Part shown: positions 39,301-52,924 of the stretch, piece after piece
How positions within the stretch are numbered: the stretch's first letter is position 1
How the letters are laid out: each line of letters opens with the position of its first letter
Source of the DNA: Mizuhopecten yessoensis
Lineage: Eukaryota
Direction of reading: 5' to 3'
Length of the DNA: 64,000 nucleotides
Assembly (NCBI RefSeq): GCF_002113885.1
Contig: NW_018407478.1
Coordinates: 2,877 to 66,876, forward strand
Program-made: the position numbers and the translations under genes
The notes under the pieces: generated by a model
What the model saw: the letters and a program-made list of their open reading frames with translations, nothing else
Told to the model about the DNA's origin: nothing
The model's database searches: none

Positions 39301-42300
39301 AACTATCAAAATCAGCGGTAAGAGTTATTCCCGTTTGTTCGTTCAAACCCTATGAAGAAGTCTGTAAACACCTCCTTACCTCGACTCTCCACAATATCGA
39401 TTTCTCCTGACGCTGGCCATTGTCCGTAGGCATTTCTGAGAGGCAACATCCATATGGCTTAAATGAAGATTCAATAACTCATGTAAGTACAGAAAGTTAC
39501 AATAAACAAAATTGAAAGATTTTGTCATTAAAATGATACTCGGATATTGCAGTACGATTTTACCTGGCCAGATCCAGTCGCCTGCTGGCATTTTGGCTTC
39601 GACTTCGATCTTTCCATACTTAAAGCTGAACCCTCTCGAGCTCCGGAGTCGTGCCGACTGAATAGGGTTTATAGGGTGAGTGCCAGTACCGTCACGTTTA
39701 CAGCCATAAAACGCGGCACTAGTGCACGTGTCTCCAGGGGTACCGCCTACGGAGAATGAATGAATCAATGTACACGACGTCACTTTTCGGTAGGGTATTT
39801 CTGAAGCAGCATTTTGTTACATTTTCAGAAAAAGGACAATCGCATTAGCTTTTAGGCTATAGACGGGGCAATTAAATGCAACAGTACCAAATGCAATTGT
39901 GTTTTCTCTTGAACTGCATTATTCATTCGAATGTTTTTCTTTACTTATTATTAGTTTTACATTAATTACTTAATCGCTATAAAACGAATAAATAGATATT
40001 ATTTTAAATAATGTTATTTAGAAAATAAGATTAAAAAAAACAGCATTTAGACGCTTCGCTCGTTTCAGGCAATGCCCGTTTTCAAAATGAATGATTTTGC
40101 CCAGCAACAGATTCAAGTATATTATAAAAAAAAAAATCGGTTACATTTTGTATGTATTTAAATGGGTAATGTTATGATTCAAAAATTATACTATACTATC
40201 GAAACAAATGTACGAGCTTCGCTTTCTCCAGGCCATGCCCGAGTCATATTATTATTTTTCTCTAATTCCAACCACCACAATAAGCCCAAAAACAATGAAA
40301 ATGCGTTTGGACTGGCCACCATTTTGAAAATATCAATTTTTCCCCTGAGTTTTTTAGACGAAAACGAAACAACCAGCCAGATTAAGCATATCCCATCTAT
40401 GCAAACAACGTTAGGGCAGAAAGTTTAATCACATCTTTCTAACGTGTACGGTAAATATAAAGTAAAAGGTTTTAATTTCATCACGTCGCCTTTCCGCATT
40501 GCAACATCGGAGAGTTCCAAATTTGTGACATCACGTCATTGTTGAGCCATTGTGACGTCACGTCACGTGAAATGGGGTCTAATATTAATATAAGGGGTGA
40601 GATAGGGGAATCTCAACCCGAGGGGGGAAGATTCTTAAGTTGCCAAACACGAGGTAAAAGTGCGGATACACCTGTCCAGGGTAAGAGAAAGAAATGTCCT
40701 TCACTCCTTTCTTACACTGGACAGCTCTATCTTACAAACAGGGAAATGAGAGAAACAAATGTATGAAACCAACATTTAACTATAAGATAAAAGTTAGTTT
40801 AAATACGGTTGCCTACTCACTGAGAAGAGTTTCTTTTTTATCTTTATTACGTGTTTTGACACCTCATTGGTATGTAGTCACATGGTTTTTTTTTAAACAT
40901 GTGACTACATGTACATTACTGTGATTACTAACTATCATGTCATTAAAATCCCTTTTGAAAAACAACAGCGTCTGTAGTGAGAATCCATTTAATTCAGGTA
41001 TGATCGTTCTCTATAAGCTATATAGAGTTATTGGAAACATGGACCCATAACGGGTAGAACACGTGTAGTACAGTGTATACAAACATAACACACACATGGA
41101 TATATGGGTCATACAAGGGGTAAATAGTGGTATGAACACGGCATTTCTACAATGGGTTGTCGGGTGACACAGCGGATAATGCACTCGCCTTTCACAAGGG
41201 CGACCGGAGTTTAATCCCCCGATCGAAGGTTAAAAGGTATGAGGTCACATGCCCGGCCACGTGGGAGTTTTTCGGGTGCTCCGGTTTCCTCCCACATTAA
41301 GACCACCTCAATCTCTTGCGGTAACATCCGGGCAAACAATAGTGATTAAAAGAAGTGAAATGACTTGTTAAATGATTGTTGTAAAACAAATAACTTGATA
41401 TTTATATAATTGAAATGTAATCACAGACGATACGTACCCCATAAATCGAGTGAGCCTTTCGTCAGGGAATCAGGCCCAAAACGATCCGTGGTAAGAGTCT
41501 ATAATACGGAAACAGACTTACTAATTGATTCAAAAATGTATATAAAGCAGAACTTCACATCAACAACAATTCTGTAAACATCAATTAGAAACTACAAAAA
41601 AGTGAGTGTCCATAAAATATTAATCCCTATCGGATTCTGGCATGGCCACGCTGATTTCTATTGAGAATCTAGGGATTCATATATTATATCCCTATGTGGT
41701 GACGTCATTACATACCGGTTTGCTATATTACACTCCATCCCTATTATGTTGACGTCATATCACACCAGTTTGATGTATAAATTCAATCTTTATATATTGA
41801 CGTCATTATCTACCGGTTTGAAGTACAACACTCCATCCCTTTGTGGTGACGTCATTACATATTGGTTTGAGGTATAAAACTCCATCCCTATGTGGTGACG
41901 TCATTATCTACCGGGTTGATGTTCAACACTCCATCCGCAAGTGGCAACGTCAGTACCTTCCATTTTGATGTACAACACACCATCCCTATGTGGTGACGTC
42001 ATTACCTACCGTGTTGATGTACAACACCCCATACCTATGTGGTGACGTCATTACCTACCGGTTTGATGTACAGCACCCCATCTCTGACGTAACTGTTAGA
42101 TCGGTTGTTTAGATAGTACTCGAACTCCCAGTTCTGTGAAAGGATTAGGAAAATCATTTAATTGAATTCAAGCAGTAAAATAGCTATCATATTAATTAGA
42201 AACGCAATTTTAACGTTAGCACTTCTTAAACTAGTGCTGTTAATACGTTGCACTCGTAAGATGTATGCCAACCGGTGGACAAACGTAAACATGGAAAGGA

Positions 42301-45300
42301 TGAGTGTCTATAAGGCCCTTTTTTGGGCCCCGGTATATTCGGATTTTCACCTCCTTATTTTGTTCAAAGATGTCCTATTGTAGGTATTGAATGTAACAAA
42401 TAAACCGTATGAAATCAACAGCCGGATTAACTGTTAATTGCAAGCATTAATATATAACTTGCACGAACAATTTAGTCTCTCTTGGCGTTTTCAAAGCATA
42501 AACTATCTGAATGTTGGTCAGTGTAGCTTGTCAAACGCCCCTTTGACTACTTTAAACACTCTACTGAGCCTGTTTAATCTACATACATTCATATAGACTA
42601 GTATTGTCAGGAAATATTTGATGTTATGCAAGGAGATGCACTTGTGTCCTTGTACTCCAAATCACAAGAAAAAGTGTTTTTTAAGTAAAAAGGCATTGTG
42701 GGATGTAAGTATAAAACTTTCACAAATTAAATTTCATCATTTAACTAATATATATGCCAAGTTATATGCTTATCCCCAAATGCCTTTTATGTACAATCAG
42801 CGGATAAACATTGGAAATAGGCAGAATATTGGATAAAACAATGAAATCGGTTAACTTTAACTATTAAAGCAGATACTTTCCTTGAGGCTAGGTGACTTAA
42901 AATTACCAGCAAATCAAACCTCATATATCAAAGAAATCATTTTTGATTTGTAAGTTAACTTTGATAAGTAAAAAAAACCAAATCAGCGACTTCAAGTCAC
43001 TTCAGCCACAGGTGTTGAGCAAATATTATATGATATATATAATATACAATACTAACAATTGATATCTTATACTTATAGCATATAAAGGGTTTCCTGCACC
43101 TTTTAATTCACTTAAGATTGAGAGATATTTGAAAAAGCCAAGATTGAGATGTGTCCAGAGGCCATAACTAAGTATAAAGAGAAGGAAAGTATATAGTGAA
43201 TATGCAATTTATGAAAGTCTACTTATATGAGTTGTAAATTTCAAGTCAAAATATAAATAGGAAAGGAACTTATTTAGAAATCAAAACACTTTTCATTTGA
43301 AAATTACCTAAAACAACCCACTGTCTTAATCCTTCGTTTTATATAAACAATCTTTAAGTGAAGATTGAAATTCTGTCATGTTTCATTATTTTACATATGC
43401 CTGTTTAATTTACACATGTTTCAAAAAAAGAAATTATATTATTTTGGTTTTTAAATTCACTTTGAAAACAGCAAATCATATTTGTGATTTACCCTACCCC
43501 TTTTGGTATCCCAAAAACCCACTTTCGGTCAAAGTTTTACCTTAGTTTTTCCGTATGTCATACAATAGGACACCTTTGAACAAAATGAGGAGGTGAAAAC
43601 TAGAATATACCGGGGCCCGAAAAAAGGACCTTATAGACACTCATCCTTTCACCCATTATCACAAAATCATGGAATCGGAGGGTTAATCCTTCTACGTGGT
43701 TTTCTTATTGATGTAAGCGTGCGCTGAGACTCAATGTACTCACCCCTCCACCTGATGCAGTGATCTCGTGTTCCCATGTCTCCAAGTCCAGCGTGTCGAA
43801 ATTGTCCTCAAAGATCAAACATGGGTAACTTTGACAGTTGGGTACAGCCCGACCATTGCCAGAACCTGCCAATTGAAACAAAAATCACAGTGACTATCAT
43901 ACAGATTTATAGCAGTGATAACGTCGATTTATCGCGTCTTTAATTAATTTCCAATGTATATCAATCAATGTAATTCTGAAATATCCACCGTATGTATTGT
44001 TAACACTTACATTTATGCTTAACTGCAAATGTAACATGTAATAACCAACAACTGTTCGTATCAGGATTGATTATACATATTTTTAATATTTGTTGGTATA
44101 AAGATACGTACATGTATCAATTGCGTTTATAAAAATAAGTTTAACGTGTTTATATACAACTTATAACTAATGCAAAAACTTTAACAATTGATAACTTCAT
44201 ATTTGATTAAATGACACCTTGATTTTTTCCTGATGTATATAGGCAACTAAAGAAAACGTCGGCTTACACTGGCATGAACATCCTCCAGTCCCAGACGCTG
44301 TACCTGCCCCAGTTGCACTTCCGGTGCCAGTACTTCCTGTATTTACTACGCCACCTGTCCCAGTACTGGTTCCGGTTCCTGACCCAGTCTGGCCCTGGAG
44401 ACTGTTGAGATAGTCGAGGTCATGCTTGCTTATCCCTGATGATGTGTCAGTTCCGGTAGAACCACTGGTTAAAGATCCAGTTCCGGTTTCTGTCTGGTGT
44501 AAGTTAGTTCCGGAAACAGCAGGTGTTGGCTGAGGTGTCGTTCTCGTGGTTGTAGTTTGTTTGGTTATTGGTTTTTGTGTCGGAACTTAACATGAAATAC
44601 ATGAGTAAATTCATTATTTATGCATAAGAACATCCTGGTAACATACTTATATGTATATATTGATGTATGACAGGAAGTTAGTGACCTCATGGTGTACACT
44701 TACACTGATAATAAGTGTAAAAAATAAGATAACTAAGCATAAAAGTATAACTGTTCAAATATACGGAAGTATTGATAAGCATGGACAGGATATCGATGTT
44801 AATAGTGATTAGCCTTTAGTGTTTTAACAACAGTAACTTTATTGTTGTAGTCTTACAGACACGTTTCAATGTTACTTTGTGTATACTAACCGGCTAAAGT
44901 AAGTATACACTTCATAGCAGGCATTAAATAATTGATTTCATCACGATAAATGTAAAATTTAATTATTGGAGACCCATATTACACAGAATCAGGCTGCCGT
45001 CAACTACCAAAAAGGCATACAGTCTTACAGAACAACGATGGGGTCATTCGATTTTGTACATGGTCTTGACGTCACAATTACATACAGTTAAACGATACTA
45101 ATGATATCAATATCTTGTGCGTCCGCTATCGTTGTGAACTACTGCCACAAAACTGTTTTCCAAAGGACAACACTAAACGTCGACTGATGTTTTGTGGTCA
45201 CGACTTATTCCTTCGCATATCATGATTTTTCCGCCTCTCCATTCGCAGCACTCACGAACAAAATTAAAGGCAAAGCGTGCTCCACTCCGCCAAAACACTC

Positions 45301-48275
45301 GTCTTCGCCCATCATGATTCGAAACGTTAAATTTGCTTTCATCAGAAATTGCAACATCCGCCCATTGTTGGCGAGTCCAACATCTATGTGTTGTTGCCCA
45401 GATGAGTCTTTGCTGGCGATCATGTTAAGTTAGAATAGGGCATTGCATCTGCAAGACGGCGGCGAATTGTTCGATCGATTACAGGTCTGTTGTGAGGTAC
45501 AATGATCTGTAGAGCAGTATGAGTAGGTGGTCGAAAACGATTTGGAGCGTGCGTCAACTCTGACCGCACGTCGTTTTACGCGGACGTCCCGCTCCAGGGA
45601 GTTGGTTTACATGTTTTAGACGTCGATAACGCTGTCAAGGCAATTCATAACACCCACCATGTGACAATTTGGGCCCCGAATCGTAGTATCCCTATCGCGC
45701 GATTTCTAACGGCTAATGAAAGGTTCGCCATATTGCCGACACATTCAAACATGACGGCAACACGCTCAGAGCATCAAAATGTATGGAGGCCAATTTCTGA
45801 ACTAAACGTCCAATTAATTTTACTGCATTTTTTGGATGCTTTACCTGGCAATGATGCGATTGGCTTAAAAAGAAGTGTTATGTTTGGCAACAATATATTT
45901 ATTTAAAATTATACTTAATTTTGTTGTTTAGTATATATGACATCAATAAGTACATGTTAACGCTTACGTGTGTAGTTGTAAAGTATGCCAGTGCTGGTTG
46001 ACACAGCCGATGTGTTCCCGGTGCTGTTAAGAAACAATCTGTGAGTTGTTTAATGCCCGGTACTTTATAAGACTTATCGACTGTTTACTGCCCGCACATT
46101 TACCTGGTACTGTATAGATATGGCCTCCAGGTAACTCCACATACCTGGTACTGTATATATATGGCCTCCATGTTACTTCACATACCTGGTACTGTATAGG
46201 ACTGATCGGTTAGTTGCTCCCCTTGTCCGTTTTTCACTCCGAGGACCCAGTAGTTGACAACGTCACCTGGATGAAGATCCTCACCAGTATCTTCGTACAC
46301 AAAGCTGTTCCCTACAATAACATTCATATACCAATATCAACCACTGTATGGCATTGTCACTGTATAACCCTGCCAGATTCTGATGGCATTCATATCATTT
46401 ATGAATGCAATGGACCGATATTGACTTCATCATTATCGTGACATCATAATTGTAACGTTTTATATACCACCTGCCCTCTTCGTCCGATGTCCGTCTATGA
46501 TCACACATGAAGGATACATTCACTAATTTAATTAAGTAAAATGCTTAATGACGCTAAAATTATCAAACTTTCTATGGAATTTGCGTTTTCAAAAATTCGT
46601 AAATATAAATTTATAAACTTTCAGTTTGTCTTCGTAGGCTATATAAGCAAAATAGCGTTCTTCATAGAATATGCATATTTCCAGTTGGCATTCATATAGC
46701 CTATAAATGCTAAAGGGAACAGTTCTGTGCTTACTTTATTTGAACCAACAGAAGATAAATATGCAAACTTCAATTATGTCATATGAAATACAATGGAATA
46801 TTCCTTGTATTGTCAGTACGTAATTTTTCGGAATATCACCGAGTATATTGTTATGATCTCTGTATGTATTTGGTGTTTTTGTTTGCCCTGAAAATATGTC
46901 ACTGAAATGATGTCTACATGTATATATCTATAAGCACAATCAACTGATTAATTTTTATGCAGATACCTACATAGTAAGTACCATGTAAAATTACCCCGCG
47001 CCTCTGTTTCCTAGTAAACAGGGTATGTTTACCTTGTTGGAGCGTTATCTCCAGTAAATACGCTATAACGAAGTACATGTAGTTAAACATCCACTATATC
47101 CAAATGTCATTCGGGTATAAGAAGTTAATAATGTTTGAAATCAAATGAAAATCTGTTAATTTGTAAATGGATTTCTAATACTGTTAACTTGAAAGTCAAT
47201 TAAATAAATGTAGATCTGTAACGTTTATTTTTATTTAGTTATGTTTGGAGACGATAGAGTTTCTGTAGATAGGTGTATGTCACTTACACGTAACTATGTT
47301 TGGAGACGATGGAGTTTCTGTAGATAGGTGTATGTCACTTACACGTAACTATGTTTGGAGACGATGGAGTTTCTGTAGATAGGTGTATGTCACTTACACG
47401 TAATTATGTTTGAAGACAATGGAGTTTCTGTAGATTTTTCTAACTTACCGGTTTTGGACCTAAGGTCAACGTTTATGTCTCCTGCCGCTACATCTACAAC
47501 GGGCTTATTGATGCTGTAGTGAAGAGCAACAAAACTAAAGCCGTCATCTGAAACAAAACCCCATTTACATGCCTTAATATTTTATTATTCAATTTAAATA
47601 TAATCATAAAACAACCTTATCAGAAAAGTTCACAAAGTTAGTTTTCGTTGACGTAAATATATTGTAATAAAATATCTTATTGGATGTTGCACCTATATCT
47701 TCAAACTCCGTCAAACCTGTAACTGCCCTTGAGCTTATTACTTTGTATCCAAGTTGAACTCGGCTTTTAAGATGGCGAATAAGGAGGTCATGCTTCAACT
47801 TTACCGCTATCACTCTACAGAACCTGTTCTTTTATATTTAAATTTTTACTACATGTAAACGTGAACTCATTACACCTATTTCAGAGTCTGAAGATTATTT
47901 TTCACAAGTTATGACCATCTGTAAGACGAGTCTCTGATTGTATATGTCATCAAGTTTATAAAAGACAATATTGTTTGCACTGCTGTTTTAAACATAGATA
48001 TTATTTATTCTACATTGCATATATTGAAATTGACAAAGACTCTTTATAAATTTGAAAACTCTTCAATATCAATTCACGAGCAAGTCAGATTTAACACAAG
48101 TTTATAAATAATTCATCATTAAATACCAACAAAAACACATTCTTATACCCTGTAAACACGTACCTGGAATGACAAACCTTATTCCATGTGGCTGTATGCT
48201 GGTGATAGTTGCTTGTTGGATACACAAGGCAACGTTAAGTACTGTAGCACAGAGGGCCACTCCAAGAAGCCTCAT
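36363..48275 (-). CDS. Secreted beta-1,3-glucanase / beta-1,3-glucan-binding protein (signal peptide + CBM39-like + Thr/Gly linker + GH16), copy A; exons 48164-48275, 47449-47547, 46186-46311, 44268-44585, 43744-43865, 42059-42133, 41438-41498, 39564-39746, 39380-39457, 38684-38810, 38356-38427, 37287-37425, 36363-36587; 578 aa
   Basis: All 13 exons join in frame via GT-AG introns (1737 nt). Signal-like N-terminus MRLLGVALCATVLNVALC; CBM39-like HYSINKPVVDVAAGDINVD...GDVVNYWV; GH16 motifs LIFEDNFD, GGGNWEFEYY, NPIQSARL, KYGKIEVEAKMPAGDWIWPAIWMLP, WPASGEIDIVESRGN, DFHKYGVEW, APFDQKFYLIMNVAVGG, MKVNYIKVW. AATAAA on - at 36254-36259. Confidence 0.93.
41154..41396 (+). mobile_element. tRNA-derived V-SINE
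   Basis: tRNA-like head with A/B-box remnants, then the V-domain signature GTGGGAGTTTTTCGGGTGCTCCGGTTTCCTCCCACA and an A-rich tail. Confidence 0.7.
41688..42082. repeat. 49-bp minisatellite, 8 copies, containing exon end + splice donor + CRE palindrome
   Basis: TGACGTCA at 41700, 41750, 41798, 41847, 41896, 41994 and 42043 (degenerate at 41945); the unit overlaps exon 42059-42133. Confidence 0.9.
42294..43650. mobile_element. Non-autonomous DNA transposon with ~45-bp TIRs
   Basis: GAAAGGATGAGTGTCTATAAGGCCCTTTTTTGGGCCCCGGTATATTC at the left and its near-perfect reverse complement at ~43602-43650; AT-rich interior with no coding capacity. Confidence 0.7.
45120..45860 (-). mobile_element. Degenerate Tc1/mariner transposase remnant (intron of copy A)
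   Basis: Minus-strand fragments across frameshifts: MANLSLAVRNRAIGIL (ATG 45731), PGAGRPRKTT, NRFRPPTHTA, DRTIRRRLADA, WTRQQWADVAISDESKFNVSNHDGRRRVFWRSG, GGKIMICEGIS. These match Tc1 paired-domain and DDE N-terminal motifs. Confidence 0.8.
46097..46198. repeat. 41-bp tandem repeat duplicating a splice donor
   Basis: TACCTGGTACTGTATA at 46101, 46142 and 46183. Confidence 0.85.
47240..47435. repeat. 55-bp tandem repeat, 3.5 copies, next to the donor at 47448
   Basis: ATGTTTGGAGACGAT.GAGTTTCTGTAGAT at 47241, 47296, 47351 and 47406 (last copy partial and diverged). Confidence 0.9.
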
Positions 48276-48563
48276 CTGTAGGACAAATGCATGATAAAAC
48301 ACACAACACAAAAGACTACACAGCTGCAAATACGATAACACAATAGCGGAGTATCTAAGTACATATTAAATAGTTTGTGCTTTCCACTGATTTTTTCAAA
48401 CTAAATTTATCTTCAAATCGTATCACATAATGTTAAGATTTATGAACTGATTTCATAATCTAAACCTGTTTACAAACGTCAACTTATGTTTGAGTTAAAT
48501 GCGCTGGAAATCATTTCTCATAATCTAAATGAAGAAATATTTTGCTGACAAATGAATATCTAC

Positions 48564-48617
48564 CTTCCTTGGTTCTCCTATCAGCTTTAATACATTTGCC
48601 TAGCATTTCCTTTTATA
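48564..48617 (-). promoter_or_regulatory. Putative TATA box and short non-coding exon 1 of glucanase copy A
   Basis: The ATG at 48275 is directly preceded by an acceptor (CTACAG). A donor AAG|GTAGAT lies at 48563, and TATAAAA on - at 48611-48617. Confidence 0.5.
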
Positions 48618-49024
48618 TGAAGCCATGACGCCATGTGCTATAGAGACTCTGGAATCCTACAGCAGGTCAATATGTATGTCAGTGGATGTTCACATACCCT
48701 CTGCATGTTACAGATGTTTCTTTGATATAGATATCAGGACAACGGGTATGGGGTTTAAAATCAAATAAATGTGATAACCTATTTCAACCTTTCATAAGGA
48801 AAAAAGTGCTTATAAGGCGTTTTTATTTCACTTCAGTATAACCTAAAGCAATATATGATAAGCGACTCACTCTGCTCAATATGCGAATATTAAGTAATAT
48901 CTACATTTGTGTGGCAGTGCCACTAGATAACAGTATCAACTAAATTGTTTGCCTGATTAAATATAAGCAATTGTGTAGTAATATTAACAGTACTACATGT
49001 ACTGTTGCATAACCTCTGACAACA

Positions 49025-49063
<39 letters not shown>

Positions 49064-49420
49064 AAAAAAAACACCCACACACAAACACACAAACAAACCA
49101 AAAGAAAATACAAGTAAATATATTTTAATAATCCTTTTTTATATATTATCAACAAGAAATCACCCTTAAATTCAAGTACGCGTATTCAGCGTCTAAAATA
49201 CGATGTGTGCTAACTCCAGCCACATCATTTAACATGTCCTTTTCAACTCACTGTCCTCTAGAATCTGCACTAGCTGTATTTCGTCACCGTTGACAACGCA
49301 TCATCTTTCCCGGGAAACAGACTGTTCAATTAATGTTGTTTTCTTGCCGGTGTTTTGCTTTTTAACGTGAAAAAAAACTTAATTTCAAATAATAAAAGTG
49401 GATGTAATAGAATGTAAATA

Positions 49421-49547
49421 TCAGGTTTGAAATGCATCTTTTTAACATTTATGAGGGTATGCAACACAGATCCGTAACACAGAACGTATTCCATTATGCG
49501 CGTTTGCATACCCTCATAAATGTTAAAAAGATGCATTTCAAACCTGA
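49421..49547. repeat. 44-bp perfect inverted repeat with 39-nt spacer
   Basis: TCAGGTTTGAAATGCATCTTTTTAACATTTATGAGGGTATGCAA and its exact reverse complement at 49504-49547. Confidence 0.85.
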
Positions 49548-52249
49548 AATATAATTTCTAGATTCACGATACATAGGATTTTCTGCGTGTGCATAAATGC
49601 TCTTATTCTTTTGCACGAAAAATAGGTTAACTAAACTAGTTAGTCATTGGCACAAAAATATCATAATAAAAGTGCTCAAGTCGTTCAGGATTCAAAAACT
49701 ATTTCACAAAAATGAATAAAAAAATAATAGATAAATAAATCATACATATGGTAAATTCTCCTATCCTTCCCGCAATCCCGCTGTAACGTCCGACTTTATG
49801 AAGTGATTTCATGTGATAGTTGTGTAATTATTTTGTACACAATACAAAAGACTGTTCGGGGGATTGTTAAATGTTTCATTTCAGACCGATGGTATACGAC
49901 CGATGGAAAAAGCTTTTTGGGTAGAAATACATCTATCGGCGCAAACGACACGCCAACGATATGTGGACGCACTTTTCAAATCAGAACATTGAACATGTAC
50001 GGGTCAGTATCCCATTTTTACACATGTATATTATTTTTTTGTGACGTCATAAACATTAACATCACAGTTACCAAAACGGGACACTTGTGGCAAAACGGCT
50101 CAGGAAACTGTCAAGCAATGTGAAAAAAAGTATTTTTTATAGTTATGACAATTTAACTGTATATACGCTTTCTGACTGCTGGTTATTGTTACATAGACAA
50201 TTGAAAGGTAAGGATAATTACCAAAAACTGCTTTTTTAGTGATTTTCGTGCCGTTTTATGCTATTTATTTGAATATCATTTACAAACATCTATTTCATCA
50301 AAACTAACACTATTTTCGAGAAGATATTTAATCAGAACTCCCTTTGATTCTGAAATATGTGAACCATGTATAATATTCTGCTGATATTGATTGTTTATCC
50401 CCAAATATTAGCCAAAATACCAAAGTGTACCCTTTAGGGTACAGTAACACCTGTTCAATGGCCTACCTAACCCTGGTAGTAGTTCGCCAGAAAAACCACC
50501 TGTATCAGAAACGAAAAGAAATATGTTAAATACTTTGAACAATTAATTAATATTTTTGGAATTGATAGTATGGTACATGTATAATGCACATTGATATTTC
50601 TCTAAAATGTGTCCATTTTTGTGTACAGTGACGTTAGAGGTTGAAGTTAATGCGATGTTTACTCATATTACGGCTTCTCAGTACATAAAGATAACATAGC
50701 TATGTACCAGAGCTACTGGACGTGTAACAGGAATGTACAGTACTTAAAGATCACCTTTTTACACAATCATCCTTGTCGGTACGACCCATGTTTTAAATTC
50801 AACAGCTAGAGATATGGATAAGCTACAGAAATACCAATACCAGACTATACGTTAATCTCGCATGAGCTGAAACGATTTGACAAAGTGTTTTAAAATACAT
50901 CTTACAATCAAAACATCTTTTCAATGGATAAGGTGGCAGGTTAAAGACTCCCCCGTTTAATATAAAAACAGTGGAAATGGGAAAGACATCCTTATGAGAA
51001 GTGTTCATTGATGTTCTGATCCTGATACTCTTGTTGTCAGCACGCTTAGACAAGTTCTCTGCTCGCTATGTCTATATCGTTTACAAATAAAACGAGAATA
51101 CGATTTATTTAGCATAAAATATCTACAAAACGCAATATCTTTTAATGGTTTATTTTTTTGTAAAGTCAAATATACACATTTCAAAGGAAACAAGAACGGT
51201 GGCATATCTTTTTGTGAAATTGTGATTTTGATTTATTGTGGAATCATCTGAATTAATTAAAACATATCAAATATCATGATATATCAACTAACTACAATGT
51301 AGTACTCTTTTATGACTTATTGCGCTTTATAATATATAAACACTAAATATTTTTCTCAGAAGATATTTTATAACACCCTGTGTTCTGAGGAAACCAATAT
51401 GTGTCTCCTGTGGAACTCGACGGCTGTCTTAAGGAAGCAAACAATATAATAACGAATCACCAAATACTGTCTGTATCCTTAAAGCAGCTTTGGCGTTCCG
51501 TACGTTGAATACATATCCACAGGCTATCAACGCCTCATAACTACAGCGATATCTAGATCGACAGGTTTAATGAACAAACGTTACTTGAATTTTAGGAGGC
51601 AATTTGGAGATAGTTATTTAGCTAGCGATAATGAGAATAGTTCGTTCTACAGAAAATCACATTTACCATCACTTATAAACATCGTGTAAAAAGGGTGCAC
51701 AAATACACAAATACATGAAACCTTGGATTAGTTTAAGTACAATGAGGGTCATGGCCAGAGTTCGACCGATAACAAAAATCGGTGTATCTAACCATTTGTG
51801 TAGTCATATTTATTTGTTTATATACTTAACATTTATCAAAATGTTGAGATCCAGTGTAGCATTTGTATCGTTCATCATATTCATGTCATGAAATGTTAAT
51901 GATAAGAGCATTGTCTTAGATCTGTGGTGACCTACATGTTGTTGTTTATATATAATTGACGGGAGACATCATGACGAGTGTTTTACTAATTTAAGTATTT
52001 TGTATTACCTTTCCGACAGGACTATCAATATGTTTTGTGTCACCTACCCCGTAGGATTCTTATGATGATTTATGTCAGCTTACCATCCGAAGGGTTATTT
52101 AACTCTGTAGTTTCTATCAAACTGTAATGTGATTTCACGATTCAACGTAAGAAACCAAATTGACATAAGAAGTTTCAATTTAACCATTTTTTTCGATATG
52201 ATAAAACTAAGTCACAATATAAGTAAACAGTAAATTTATATCGAAACTT

Positions 52250-52870
52250 CCGCTCGCTTCATCGGCTACACCCATGATGTACATCTTCGTCAAATCCGAG
52301 TATCACGTCCTCATAGCGAGAAGCTGTGTAGTGACCGCGGAACCAGAACGTACGCTTATGAACATAACAAAAAGCATCTTCAAAGAAATAGCGTAACACT
52401 TCCATGATACCATGTGAAGGGGACAATCAAATTGCTCATAGTCTTTATCAGCCTGCATCTTCCGAATCTCTGTGGTATAAGTTTGTCAGTAAGCAGTTCA
52501 AATCATGATATTCGGATTAGTCTCTTGAATAACAAACATCTGCAGCACGTAATCACTGTATGTTCAGAAAACATTGTTGTTACCATGAAGAGAGGGGGCG
52601 TTGATGATACGAACATCGAAATTGTACAGCTAATTACAAGTAACAAGCTGCCCCTGTAGGACGAAGAAAGTGGCAGAAGGAGAATAATTTGTATTATACT
52701 TGATTTCAACTTCATGATGGCATATACGATCGCCGTGGTCAATATTTCTGTTACTAAAAGATATTACATCGTCGATATATCTGAAAGTGATATTAAAGGA
52801 TGTATCGGTCTGAAGAGGAGCACACTTTGATCCCACATGAATGCCTACAATATGTTGCAAACTATTTGCA
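52250..52870 (-). mobile_element. Penelope-like retroelement RT remnant
   Basis: GIHVGSKCAPL (cf. GIPMGTNCAPL) and FNITFRYIDDVISFSN...HEVEIK (RT YIDD motif); heavily degraded. Confidence 0.7.
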
Positions 52871-52924
52871 ACCGAACTGAACAAAGATATTGAAAACAAG
52901 GAACTCACGATTTCATCTTCAGGT

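Noticed and set aside
45968-46023. Possible extra 56-nt exon (AG...GTAAG) in glucanase A
   Set aside because: Its phase is incompatible with the flanking phase-1 exons; the gene is in frame without it
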